Assembly: GCF_006345805.1 (NCBI RefSeq)
Contig: NC_042997.1
Coordinates: 53,692,001-53,756,000 of the forward strand
Direction: 5' to 3'
Source of the DNA: Octopus sinensis
Lineage: Eukaryota
DNA: 64,000 nt
Part shown: positions 1 through 12,479 of the stretch, piece after piece
Numbering within the stretch: the stretch's first letter is position 1
Layout: each line of letters opens with the position of its first letter
Notes under the pieces: generated by a model
Told to the model about the DNA's origin: nothing
What the model saw: the letters and a program-made list of their open reading frames with translations, nothing else
Databases searched by the model: none
Made by a program: the position numbers and the translations under genes

Positions 1-600
1 CTTGCTGCCTTGATGAAATTATTTGTTTCTGTGATGTTTTTGTTCTGATGTATTTCAGAATTTCATTCACATTTTTCGTTTCTTGGTTCAGTTTCCATCG
101 ATCAACCTTTTTAAGGTTGCAAATAATATCGCTATCGTTCTCCTGTAGCCCTGCCTTTATTCTGTCGCAGATTGCCTTTTGCCCATATGTCATGTCCCCA
201 TTAGTTTTATTGTCTTCTTCCAAACCATCTATATATCTCTATTTGAGCAAACTATCACTGTTCCTTTCCTGTGGTTTATTAGAGATTTCACCTCTGTTTT
301 TCTGTTGTGAGATTATTTTTATCAGTTGGAACTGTATTTTCGTCGTTTCCTCTGCTGCTGTGAACCAACGATTGTTTATTATTGCTCTAGCTTCATCATA
401 TAATCTCTGTTCCGTGAGTTGAAACAATCCTCTTTCTCTTCATTGATCATACATACGTTGTCGGTATCCCCTAATATGAACACCATTCAGTTTCATTACC
501 AAAGTTATTCTCAATGTTTTGTTTTATTATCACCCATATGAGGTAGCGATTTTCAGGTTGCGCAATTACCAGTGTTTTTATTGATCCCGTCACTAGATGT
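1..600 (-). mobile_element. R4/Dong-clade non-LTR retrotransposon, decayed N-terminal ORF remnant (runs off the window start)
   Basis: Minus-strand translation gives IRGYRQRMYDQ*RERGLFQLTEQRLYDEARAIINNRWF (from ~474) and LKKVDRWKLNQETKNVNEILKYIRTKNITETNNFIKAA (~115-1). Both match N-terminal motifs of R4/Dong ORFs as I recall them; stops and frameshifts are present. Confidence 0.75.
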
Positions 601-659
601 ATCATCATCCAAGACATGGGGAGATTCCAACCGCTTCCTTTCATTAGTATTATCATCAC

Positions 660-788
660 TGCTATTATTATTATTATTATTTTCTACTATTTGTCGTTGT
701 TAATATGTCCTATGATCCGACATGAGTTTTGGCTAAATTATTATCATTATTGTTATCATCATAATCGTCATCGTCCTCGTCGTCGTCG

Positions 789-838
<50 letters not shown>

Positions 839-844
839 GTCATC

Positions 845-889
<45 letters not shown>

Positions 890-900
890 TCCATTTATTA
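660..900. repeat. Compound trinucleotide microsatellite (ATT/CAT/CGT/TAT)
   Basis: Directly visible (CAT)n at ~788-843 and (TAT)n at ~846-887; explains the poly-His/poly-Tyr ORF 616..957. Confidence 0.95.
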
Positions 901-1214
901 TTAAAAGGCATTATTAAATGCTTAGTTTCAACTTTTGTCTTGTACATGAATATGTGAGGGTTGAAGGGAATAGTAGGAGGAAGAGAATCAGCTTGGTGAA
1001 TAGACCAAATTCTACAGATTGTGAGGAGATCAGCAATGGGCAACCCTGTGCGATAAGGAGACAAAACCGGGCTCACATTCTTGGGATCAGCGGAGGTCAA
1101 ATGTGTTTTACTACTACTTGCGATCAATGAGAGTGTTGACTTTGGCCTTGAAAAGAACCAATTCACCTTGTTCTATTTTTAATTACTGATAGAAAAAAAT
1201 AGTAATATATGTAT

Positions 1215-1725
1215 ATAGTAAGAAGTTCAGGCTTGTGTAGGATGGAAGATTACAAAGATAAAACACTGTCAAAGGACTTGAGAATGAATGAAACTGAAAA
1301 TAGGTGGATAAAGGAAAGAATGCAAGGGCAATTTCATAGGGATGTTGAAGATAAGACAGACAGACAAAAAAGATGGCTTTGGATGACTAAAAGTGATTTA
1401 AAACCGGAAACGGTGGCTCTAATCTCTGCTGCTCAAGACCAAGCATTAAGACCCAATTACATCAAATACAGAATAAACAACACATTAGAAAGGGATAAGT
1501 GCAGAATTTGTGGGCAAAATGATGAAATTGTATGGTATATTACCAGTCAATGTATGCCACTAGCCCAGAAAGAATATAAGAGACGTCATGACAAAATAAC
1601 AAGGATTGTCCACTGGACACTTTGTAACAAGTATGGACTTGATAGAGCAAAAAAGTGGTACGGACATAAACCCGAAGGCATCAACGAAAATGATTACGCA
1701 ACGATCCTATGGAATGAGATAGAGA
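1215..1725 (+). mobile_element. R4/Dong-clade retrotransposon, C-terminal zinc-knuckle region
   Basis: ORF 1209..1739 contains WLWMTKSDLKPETVALISAAQDQALRPNYIK...CRICGQNDEIVWYITSQC.PLAQKEYKRRHDK...HWTLCNKYGL...KWYGHKPE...ILW, the typical post-RT CCHC region. Truncated before the RLE nuclease. Confidence 0.85.
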
Positions 1726-1781
1726 ATAAGAAACCATAAATAGTGTTAAGATGGAAAGCAAATGATGTTGGATCATAGATA

Positions 1782-1915
1782 TAATGCTTAGTGGCGTTTC
1801 TTTCAACTTTATGTTCTGTGTTAAGATTCTGTTGAGGTCGACTTTGCCTTTCATCATCTAGCGTCGATAAAGTACCAGTTGAATACTGGGGACGATAATC
1901 GACTTTCCCTCCTTC
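1782..1915 (+). mobile_element. tRNA-derived SINE family A, degraded
   Basis: Contains the family core gaggtcgactttgcctttcatc and aagtaccagt...ctgggg. Confidence 0.7.
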
Positions 1916-4235
1916 AAAACGAGGATGTTTTGTCTTCTTTTGTAATTATTGTTATTTATTGGGTGCCGAATGGCAGAATTGGAGAGAGTTGGGGTTGTGG
2001 CAAGGTTTAGAAATCTTCTTCATTATTATTGTTATTGTTACTTGATTTATTGCGGAAAGACGTGCCTTCGGGCAGCTCTTATTTGAATTATCGTATTTGC
2101 TTTCTCTAACGTAGTTACATTTATTATGTTTATTTTAGTTTGCTGTACTAAGGTAGAGGAAAAGAACTGAAATGTTTTATATCTTTCCTATTTAGAGAAG
2201 AATTTGTGTTAATTGTTATTTCCTTCTGACATGAAAGCAGGAATACTTTTGAATTCGGTTACTGTTATGACGATGGGAACCATACGAACTGTTTTTGCGG
2301 TATTTTCTTGCTTCCCTTTCGATTCTGAGTTCAAATCCTATTGAAATCAATTCCGCTTCTTATTATTCCTGGTTCGATAAAATATGTATCCGTTAAATAC
2401 TGAAATCAATAAAAGCCGACTGTATTACACCTCAAATTTGAAGACTTTAACTCTGATAATTTGTCAATATTTTCACGGTTTAAGTGCATTCAACATTGAA
2501 ATACTGCTCAAATACATGGACAAATATATTGTGTACTGCATTTGCAAACACCTTAGGCTAGATATCCAGAAAGGTCATCCAACTGATAAGCAAAACTTGC
2601 CTCAACAACCTACAAGCACTGACAGAATAATTTTTTGCAGCCTCTTCTACCATAACTAAAACGATTTCTGTTTCTCTAAATTAGCAAACTGTACAATGTT
2701 TAATCAAGTCAACTCGATGTATCGACACTGAACAGATGACTAGTCAACTGGAAGTATTCTTGGGTACATCCCACTCGTTCATATTAATAGGAGACTGGTA
2801 TGACTTAATAGAATTATACTGAAATTGTGTGGTGTAGTGGAAAGAGAAGAATATGTTAAACTTCATACATCGACATTTATCGAAGGCACTAATGTGAAAC
2901 GGGGTAGGGTAGAGTGTCCACATTGTGAATAGGGGTAGGGTAGAGTGTCCACATTTTCTAACAGCTGACTAAACACACTAAAAACACTTTGATTATTTCG
3001 ATCAACTCAGGATAATTCAGGATCAATTCAGGACCTGATTACTAGGAACTGATCCCATTGTTTTCAAGCATGGAAAACCTACAGTTTAATTTAGTTAAGC
3101 AGGAAATTAAAGGATTGCGATAAACAATAAAATGTGGGTGGGATTAAATAGAAAAATCCAATTAGAATCGGTTAGTTTTAGAATGATTCATAGTAGAACC
3201 TTGGAGCATATCTGTATAGCTTTATGTCGTTTGTATTTTGTGATTAGTCATTTAATCAGCTGCATTTCTTTGTAGCAGATCTGGTTTACAGACGGCATGT
3301 CATGCATGAAGTCATGAATAGCGATGAAAAGATATTGACAAACCTAACATTGATTGAATTGATCTTACGCTTAATAAAACAATCGTTTACTTGATTGGTT
3401 AAATAGTTAATCAATTGAAAATAAAAAAGATAAAGAATTAAAATAGAACCAGTGCGTGTGTTTATTTTGGCTTTATGATCCTCCAGAGGCACAACAAAGT
3501 ACAAATTCACATCTCGGATCTTGTAAGCCTAATACAAAAATGAAACACTTCTTGTTCTGTAGTTTAATTAAATGCTTGTTGTTATGATGCAATAAACTCA
3601 CGTTTTCTATTGTAATTACCATCACATGTAGGATACTTGATATGAATACTAAATCGTCACTGGTATTTGACTAATATTTTATTTTATCATCTTCGAAAGG
3701 ATGAAATAAAAAGTCCGTGTTATTTACCAGAGGCATTTTGTCTGGCGCTCTAATGATTCTGCTAATCTATCACCATAGCCAATTCAAAAGACGACACCTT
3801 TTTTTTCTAAAAGCAGAAAAAACAAACAATGTACATAGTGTCACTGCTATAAAGTAGCATATTTAATTGATGGCAGTAAATAATAAAATCGGTGGAGCGC
3901 CGGGAGTTCCAAATCCACCCATCATTCCAAGTAAATAAAATGAAAGCAAGTTGAAAACTGATGTCGATTTAATTGACTGAAAATCAAAAACGATGTGTGA
4001 CCTAGTACTAATGTCAGTTAACTATATATATAATATTATTACAGCCAACGTTTAAGCAGAAACAGTAACAGTGTGGGTTAAGTTTTATTAATTTACGTTC
4101 TGAGTTCAAACTTTTCTGGCCTCAATTTTGTCCTTCAATCCTTAGGGGTCGAATAAAAAAAATCAATGAAAATAATGCCGCATATTTAATTTGTTTCTTC
4201 ACACAAGAATTATTGTCATTATTATTATTGGGCCA

Positions 4236-4861
4236 AAGGCGGCGAACTGGCTGAATCATTAGTACGCCGAGAAAAATGCTTAGTGGCATTTCATCCGTCT
4301 TTACGTTCTAAGTTCAAATTCCGTCGACATTGCCTTTCATCATTTTGGGGTCGATAAATTAAGTTCTAGTGAAACACTGGGGTCGATGTAATCGATTAGT
4401 CTCCCCTCCAAAAATGTCAGGTCTTGTGCCTTCAGTAGAAAAGATTATTATTAGGCCGACGGCATTTCTTCTGAGTTCAAATGCCACCGTGGTCGACTCT
4501 GCCTTTCATCCTTTCAGGGTCGATGAAATAAGTACCAGTCAAGTACTGGGGTCGATAAAATCAACTAGTTCCCTCCCCACAAAATTTCAGGCCTTGAGCC
4601 TATAGTAGAAAGTATTATTAATTTTGAGCCGGCAGAATCGCTTGAGCATCGCAAAATGCTTTGCAGTATTTGTTCTAGTTTTTTTTATATTCTGAGTTTA
4701 AACCCTGTCGTGATCAACTTTGCCTTTCATCCCTCTAGGGTCGATAAAATAAATTAGCAGTCAAATACTGAGGTCAATAAAATCGACTAACCCCTTCCCT
4801 GAAAACTATTCATATTATTGGTTCCAATTTTAGTACAAAGCCAGAGAAACCATTATTATTA

Positions 4862-4923
<62 letters not shown>

Positions 4924-5110
4924 AACACAAAGGCAGCGTGCTGGCAGAATGGTTAGCTTGTCGCACAATTCTGAGTTCAAATTCCTCGAGATCCACTTTA
5001 CCTTTCATCATATCCGGGTATACAATAAGTACCAGTTGAACACCGGGGTCTATGTAATAGATTTAACTCCTCCCCCGAAATTGCTGGCCTTGTGCCAAAA
5101 TTCGAAACCA
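4236..5110 (+). mobile_element. Cluster of four same-strand SINE-A copies separated by (ATT)n
   Basis: Copies at ~4236-4450, 4461-4620, 4628-4802 and 4930-5110. Head aaggcggcgaactggc, B-box-like gagttcaaat, core gtcgactttgcctttcatcc, tail ...gtagaaa(g)gattattatt; long (ATT)n at ~4853-4920. Confidence 0.85.
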
Positions 5111-5450
5111 CATTTTCATGAACAACACTATCGCATGGCGAAGGATGGCTCCATATTGAGAATAATATTTGGACCTATTGAACTGTTGTTAGGTATCGTA
5201 GCGTAAAAATACCTTTTCTTGCTGGAATATGAATACATTTTGGAGATATCAACATTCTTAATGAAACATCCCTTTACCTGTGTTAAATCTATCTAATATA
5301 CAACTTCATAAAGCCATGTTGCTGGTTGTGTTATTCAGGTGGATGTTATCTTTTTCTTTCTTATTTCTGACAATGTCGACGCCCTGTTTCTATCAAAGAA
5401 ACTCAAACGTTCACTGGTTTCACAAAACTTCCCATAACTTATTAGAGAAA

Positions 5451-5629
5451 CATTATCGGTGGGATTGAACATTAAAGTGGAAGTCAAGTTCTCGGTAATT
5501 AAGTCCGTAACCTGTTTATTTACTTAATTCAACTATTTCATTTCCGGCAATTGCCATTTTAACTCTTTTGCATCACTAAATGCTTCTAGAAAGAACATGA
5601 TCCTCGCAACTGCCATTTCCTTCCTTATT
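5451..5629 (-). repeat. Unclassified ~180-bp repeat, left arm of an inverted pair with 8441-8625
   Basis: Its reverse complement matches 8441-8625, e.g. gaggatcatgttctttctagaa and aaataaacaggttacggacttaattacc; roughly 80% identical by eye. Confidence 0.8.
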
Positions 5630-7096
5630 TTTGGGCCTCATGCCATTTCTCTTTAGCTCTATGAAATCATCACAAATTTACATCCGAAACCAAGTAAGCT
5701 ATTAAGAGACACAGTGAAGGAGTGGATATTGTATAGGGAAGCCAGTCGTAGAATCGAATTGTTGAAATTAGTCATTACTCATTTTACCCCGTTTTAGACA
5801 TCACTTTTTGAACCTTGAAAATGATCAAATTAGATATCAGTGTGAGAAAAATATTGATTTGGAATCAAACAGAGAAAAGAATATTGATTGTTAAGCACCA
5901 AAAATTATCCACATAATTTATTAGCAGACTGAATTACAATCGAATCGAAGTCGAGGAAAGGTTTATTGAAAAAAAAGTATCCGTCATCTTTGTTTTAAAT
6001 TCTCTCAACTTCAAGAACAACAATAATAACCAGTTTCTAATCCGAAAGATGGTGCAACAGTTCAAATAATGAGGCAAAACTTGCAGTCTAATGATTTCAA
6101 ACAAGTTGGGAGAAAATAACGAGAAATCAAATATTACTCATTTTGCCTCTCAACTCGACTATCGTGATCACTCTAGCTACATATTTAATACATGTTATAT
6201 TAAACAATCAATCAAATAAGTTACCACTTACCCACTGCTGAGTAAAGGACTTACTAGTATTTCTCCATTAATTTCTAATTTCTGTTTTGCTTCTCTTCTA
6301 GTCTTAGTCTTCTGTAAATGATTTCCTCAAGGAAGTAAAATTTTACAGGAAAGTTGTAAAAAAACTGACACAGTAAAATGAAACGAAACGTACTAAGACT
6401 CCGTAAAGTGTCGCAGCTCAAACTATTTCTTCCAGCTAATTTGAACGTGCTTTCAAATTAGCCCTGCACTGTTCAATTACCGTCTCCCTGGCTTACAACT
6501 CTTGATACGTTTATGATCATTAAATTCGTGAGATCTTTTCTGTTGCTGTCACAGTTTTCATTTTTTTTTTTCAAGATTTCGTTCCAATTGTTTTCAAATT
6601 TGGCAACTGATTTAGTTTTGTATAATAATTATGGAGATGAAATTCATTTTTGATATTGATAAATAAAAAGTTAATAGCTTTTTTAAGTTTGCAAATTTTG
6701 GGTAATTTTAGCCAATCGAAAGCCACAGACACATTGGTGTCCATAGTTACAAACCAAGGTGTCGTCTGCTTAAAATTACTACAAGTACTTTTTAAATTGT
6801 TTCTATGCTTGTTCGAAAATTTTTTGCCTTATATTATCTGACAGAAAAAACTTATGGGCTTTTTTCTGTTGCTGTTGCAGTTTTGAAATCATAAAATTAA
6901 GTAGTGATTTTAAAATTTGGCATATTAATGTAATTTTTGACGCTGAATCGGATTTTGTAATTCACTTATTCCTGAAAAATTTTAGAAAACGTTCACTAAA
7001 ACTATCATAAATTGATTAATCTACGGTTGGTCTGACCCTAAACCCTAATTTTGACCTATCCGTTCTTGGTGACAGAGGCATGCATCAAACGACCAA

Positions 7097-8145
7097 GTGA
7101 CCTGCTTGGTGGCGCGACTATGTGACAGTAGATCAACCTCTCATTCTCGAGAGAAGCTAGCGTCTCTCCACCACAGGTTTCGAACGGAATTAACCCTGCC
7201 AACCCCACCATACCTACAACTTTTAACCCCCCCCCTCGCACCACCCAACCTCTGTTCTAGTCCCACCGTTGGAACCAATGCTGGACCTCTACTGTCGGTC
7301 GATGCTAGCCCACCACCTGACTGTGTTCTCTCTGCTCGCACTAACCGATACCTAAAAACAATTAATTGTCACCTGTGCCACCAAAATTACCACAGAAGTT
7401 GTGTCCGCATCACCAAGGCTCAAGCCGAAAGTCTTCCATACTGGACCTCCAGTCAGTGCCACTTCAGCTCCAACGCACTCCGTGGAGACACCCCACACTC
7501 CAACAGACAGCTCTCTACTGAGGACTTTGCTGCAGCCCTTCAAGGTTTATCCAAATCGAAGCTCATTAAAGGGAGCTCGGAATAGCTTTGCTCGTGCGCT
7601 CTTCAGCTTGTTGAAAAAAAAATCCAACAATACGTCCGATTTGCAGAAACTGCTTCCGTTCTCTCTCATCTCTCTCCACGTGCACAATGTGAAATCGGGT
7701 TCCCATAATCCTCTCCCAAGCGACAGTTCTAGTTATTTGAGTCCACCCCAACCACTTCTCACCTCTATTTGACATCGAGTACGGTGCCTACGATAAGCCT
7801 CAAGCACGCAGTCAATTCCAAATTCAGCGAATTTGACATAAAAGGAGCTGTTCTACTTCTCTTTTCTCTATCCTCCCTAGCTCCGTGAAACTCCGAGTCT
7901 CTTCAACGTCTGAAAGAGAAGCACCCATCGGCACCCTCAGATAATCAGCTAAACTTGCCCTATCACTCAGAATACTTGAGACCGGTCTTCACCTCTGAAA
8001 ACATTAGAAAGGCGGATTTCATCCTTCCCTGGTGGTTCAGGTGCGGGAATTGATGGTATCTCCTTATCGGCCGGTGACGTTGGACTTGAGTTCTTGAAGA
8101 ATTTGACTCAGTTTGTGAACCAGTTTGTGAAACTTTCGTATTGTT
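7097..8145 (+). mobile_element. CRE-clade (RLE-type) non-LTR retrotransposon, 5' part with PHD finger, truncated at the start of RT
   Basis: PHD-like C..CHLC....HRSC........YWTSSQC at 7322-7459; KGARNSFARALFSLL; AVNSKFSEFDIKGAVLLL...LKEKHPSAP; SFPGGSGAGIDG...GDVGLEFLKNLTQFVN at ~8022-8115. These are ordered CRE motifs broken by frameshifts and stops. Confidence 0.8.
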
Positions 8146-8440
8146 TTTACGAACTGAACTAAGTAATCCAAAGTACAATATTTTAAAATAATTAATATGT
8201 AACATTTCGCTCTTTTAATGAAATTTTTCGCAAAAAAGAATTTAATTGAGGATACTTCCTTTTTATATTGCCTGTTCCAACGTTTCACAACACTTTATTC
8301 ATTTAAACATATTAAACTTTCAAAAGCTCTTTAAAAAAAAAGAAGTTAAATGTTGAATCACTTATTGTATGTCATATGTTTTAGAATTCCGACTTTGAAT
8401 AATGTCAAGGCTCAGATTTCTTGTTCTACTGGTTATTAAC

Positions 8441-8625
8441 AATAAGGACAGCGAATGACAATTCGAGGATCATGTTCTTTCTAGAAACATTTAGTGATCT
8501 AAAAGAGTTAAAATGGCTACTACCGAAAATCAAAGAGTTGGATTAAATAAATAAACAGGTTACGGACTTAATTACCAAGGACTTGACATCCTCTTTAATG
8601 CCCAAGCCCACCTGTAACGATAATG
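8441..8625 (+). repeat. Right arm of the inverted pair with 5451-5629
   Basis: See the 5451-5629 feature. Confidence 0.8.
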
Positions 8626-10254
8626 ATAGCTATGCTATGAAACCATGATTTATTTCTTCCAATAATTGGATAAAAACCGGTTATCCAGTAGGCTTTGCAC
8701 ATTGAGAGAAATTATAGATATGAGAGATAAAAAGGTAAGAGAGAGAGAGAGTTAGAGAAAGAGAGTGGGGGTTGTTTATTCATATTTAACCAAATCAGAT
8801 TATTTGGCATTCATTTAGGTAAATCTGCCTACCTCAAGCTACATGTAAAGACTTGCGATTGAAAAGCAAAATAAATTCCAGCGAGGTTTGATCTCATAAC
8901 AAAAAGAAACCGTTATGCCTATCTAGTGTTCATTTGCATGCTTGAACAACTAGTTTTCGGTGAATAATCATTGGTTTGTCTTCTCCGATTTGAATGTTTA
9001 TGTATTCAATGTATTTAAAGAAAAGTAAAAAAAAATGTTGTTTATACCCAGTGGTATACTTCTCCAGGTGGTTCAACAAAACAAACTCTACTACATCTGT
9101 CGTAGATGTTGAATGTAAAGTTGTATTTTCATAACATCCGTCTATCATGGTTTATAACTTGGATGAACAGCAAAATTCTAAATAAACCGTTTGATAGCCT
9201 CAAACGTTTGCCAGCTCGGAGTGTATTTTAATTGTTTGAAGACGTGAAATTTATGAAGTTTAAACAGTAACATTGAATAACTTAGCAGTGAAGTCGTCGC
9301 TCAATAGGGAAAGCAAAGAATTTATTTAACTTGTTATGTTGGTTGCTACCATTAATCGGTAGAAACAGGAAAGAGAAGCGGAAAATTCCCTTGAAGAAAA
9401 AGAATAAACTAGATGGGGAATGTATAAAAATAAGATACAAGTATGTCTGTATGTGTATCTAAATCTGTATCTTTATATGTTTACATAGACACACACGCAC
9501 TCACAAACACACACATGTGCACGCACGTACACAGTCGGGTTGAAAGTGAAAGAAAAAAAATATTATTTATTCAGTTGTACTGACATTGTACTGATCACTG
9601 ATTTATCTCAAGGTGCCGTCATCGTTTGGTTTCTTCGTTTATTTAGACTTTTCCTATCAACATACTTTGACACTGGGATAGTAGATGATTTATATTGTCC
9701 TTCTCACTTCCGCCTCTGCTGGTAGCGCGCGATCCATTGTTCTATCAAGTGCTTGCGTATATGTATTTGAGTACATACACACGTATATACATATGTATTT
9801 TCTTTTATCCACTTTTAGAAGTAGAGAAAACACTGTAAGTAGAATTAGGGTAAGAAATAAGTACTGAACATGAAAGATGTTATTTTAAGGATGAGTTAAA
9901 TCTCTTCCACCGTTTACAGAAACGCTTCTAGATTTCTATTTCATTGGTGTGGCTTTGAGAGCTTTTTTCTTCTTAATTTCACTGGTGTACACATATGCAA
10001 ATACATAAATATTTATGCTGCTAGCGGTGGTTAAAGTGAAAAAGGAAACGTTACATTCTTCACAGTCACATTTTCGATTGACAAATATCAATATGGCGAT
10101 TATGAAAGATAACTACTATTCTCTTTTATTTTCAAAATGATCTATACCTATGTGTATGAAGAATTTGTAGCATCTCTATTAAGAACAGCAAGCGTATGGC
10201 AATATTATTGTTATATGCCAAAGAAGTATTTTGCCTTTTCATGCATCAGAACGC

Positions 10255-10497
10255 TTTAATGGATACTTTGACTTAATGCAAGCCAACAGAAAACCTATAC
10301 ATCATTGCATAACGTGCGATAATTAGCGACCATATATCCTTCAAATGTCATAGTACCATCTTGAAAGAGGAAGGATGCGGTGGATAATGTTATCTTAAAT
10401 AGACGAACCTCAAAGACGGACGAAACGGTCATGCATGTCCCAGACACGTTTGATCAAAGTTCTGCTCTGCTAGGTATAGCCTGGTGTTAAACAACAC
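10255..10497 (+). mobile_element. Old dispersed repeat family C (SINE-like 3' part)
   Basis: Shares ...ttggataatg... and ...tttgatca...ctaaac motifs with ~36860-37070 (+), ~49000-49160 (+), ~50745-50840 (-) and ~63400-63480 (-); highly diverged. Confidence 0.5.
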
Positions 10498-11759
10498 AAA
10501 TTTTGACAATATTAAAAAAAAATATCATTCTAATTCATTGAGTTGCAACATTTACTGAAAGTTATAACCCATCATCTAATCTCTATAACGATATCCAGTG
10601 TCCTAAAGTGATTAATCTGAGCCAATGTTGCTAAAACTCTAAATCCATTTGCAAACCAATATCTGTATCATTATGACACGAGTTTAGAAATGTTTGTCTG
10701 CAGAATATAGATGCAAACAAATTTATCGAATTTTCTCGCACGATGTAGATAATCTCTTAGTTGTAAATTTTCACATGTTATCGCACGTTTATTTCTCAAA
10801 GTGGACATTGCCCATTCAAGACAAACGGAAACGTTTAAAGTTCTTAAGGCTGTGTTATGAATGAAGGCAATCTGAAGAGTGTATTGGAGTTGTATGAAAA
10901 TTATTGTGGTATTATTTTCAGATGTCTTAATTACGGATTCTTCTGGCTTATTTCATAAAGTAGAAGGCACAGGGAGATGAGATATTCAGTCAATAGAGTA
11001 ACAAGCCGAGACAGTCGTATCCTTGGTTTATATAAAAAGGAGACTCATTCAACAGATGAAAACTCCAGGGTTGAATAACTTTATTGAGACTTTCATTGAA
11101 AAAGTGAAAATACAAACATATGTTGCTTTTTGCATGGCGTTAGCCTGAGGGTAGTTTTCATTGAGCAGATTTATAATGAAAGGCTCCAGCTGTGGCCATC
11201 TTACTGACACAGTGTAATTGAACCACATTATCCATTCTATGGTTACCGTTTATTTATATCGTGTTGTATTAAAGAGAGAAATGCGATACAGTCCCAATGA
11301 AATAATTTTGAAACATTTATGTATAATTTACCACTGACACACAGATGGTGGTGGACTGTGTAGAAACTTATGGAAAATATTATACTATGCCGTTACACGA
11401 TCGAAGAATTCCTCTCTTTAAGCATAGAATACCTGCCGATCAAGTTTTGCTTCTGTAAAGCTTTCATCTCATTGCTGCAAAATGGAGAAGTACACAGCCA
11501 TATTATATGCACCTTGGCAACCATATGGTAATCATTTATAAATGTGACACAGAGTCACATATTTGAGTGGAAGGAATGTAGTTGAAGTAAAAAAAATTAA
11601 ATCAGTATCTGATTAGCATTTATTTTATGGACCACAGGAGACCTAAATCCAAAGCGATTTCGGTGAGATTTGAACTCAAAACGTAAAAGTACGTTAGCCA
11701 ACATTAAAAAGTGTTGTGTTCGGTACTGTACAGAAAACCCTGCTCACAGTATCTGTGTA

Positions 11760-11898
<139 letters not shown>

Positions 11899-12195
11899 AT
11901 TTGTTTCAGTCATTTAACTGCAGCCATGCTGGAGCACCGCCTTTAGTCGAACAAATCGACTCCGGGACTTATTCTTTGTAAGCCTAGTACTTATTCTAAC
12001 GCTCTATTTTGCCGAAATGCTAAGTTATGTGGACGTAAACACATCAACATAGGTTGTCAAGCGATGATGGGGGACAAACAACACACACAAACACATAAAC
12101 ATATACATATACATACACATATACATAAATAAATACATACATACATACACACATACATACATAAATACATACAACATACATACATACATACATAA

Positions 12196-12274
<79 letters not shown>

Positions 12275-12331
12275 CAACGGTCTTCTTTCAGTTTCCGCCT
12301 ACCAAATCTACTAACAAGGCTTTAGTCACCC
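11899..12331 (-). mobile_element. tRNA-derived SINE family B, 5'-truncated, with expanded internal (ACAT)/(AT) microsatellite
   Basis: Contains gccatgctggagcaccgcctttagtcga and cttctttcagtttccgcctaccaaatc, matching full copies at 27815-28168 and 62310-62725. Confidence 0.9.
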
Positions 12332-12479
12332 TTTACAGCTGCTCCATAGGAACCATAGCCGGCTGGATTGAGTTATTTCAACTGAGACTCAAAAGAGAAA
12401 TGCTCATCGTACTAGCAGAAAATTATATAAGGGTCCATATTCTGCAAGCTAGAGAATGCCTGAAACCTTCATAAGGATA

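Noticed and set aside
616-957. ORF with poly-His/poly-Tyr
   Set aside because: Translation of (CAT)n/(TAT)n microsatellites; no unique coding content.
2600-2800. Possible mariner HTH remnant (IKSTRCIDTEQMTSQLEVFLGTSHSFI)
   Set aside because: A single weak motif with no supporting neighbours.
6270-6376. Strong-looking 3' splice site followed by SSVNDFLKEVK (tyrosine-kinase-like)
   Set aside because: Similarity ends after about 7 residues, the frame stops at 6376, and there is no good donor or neighbouring exon.
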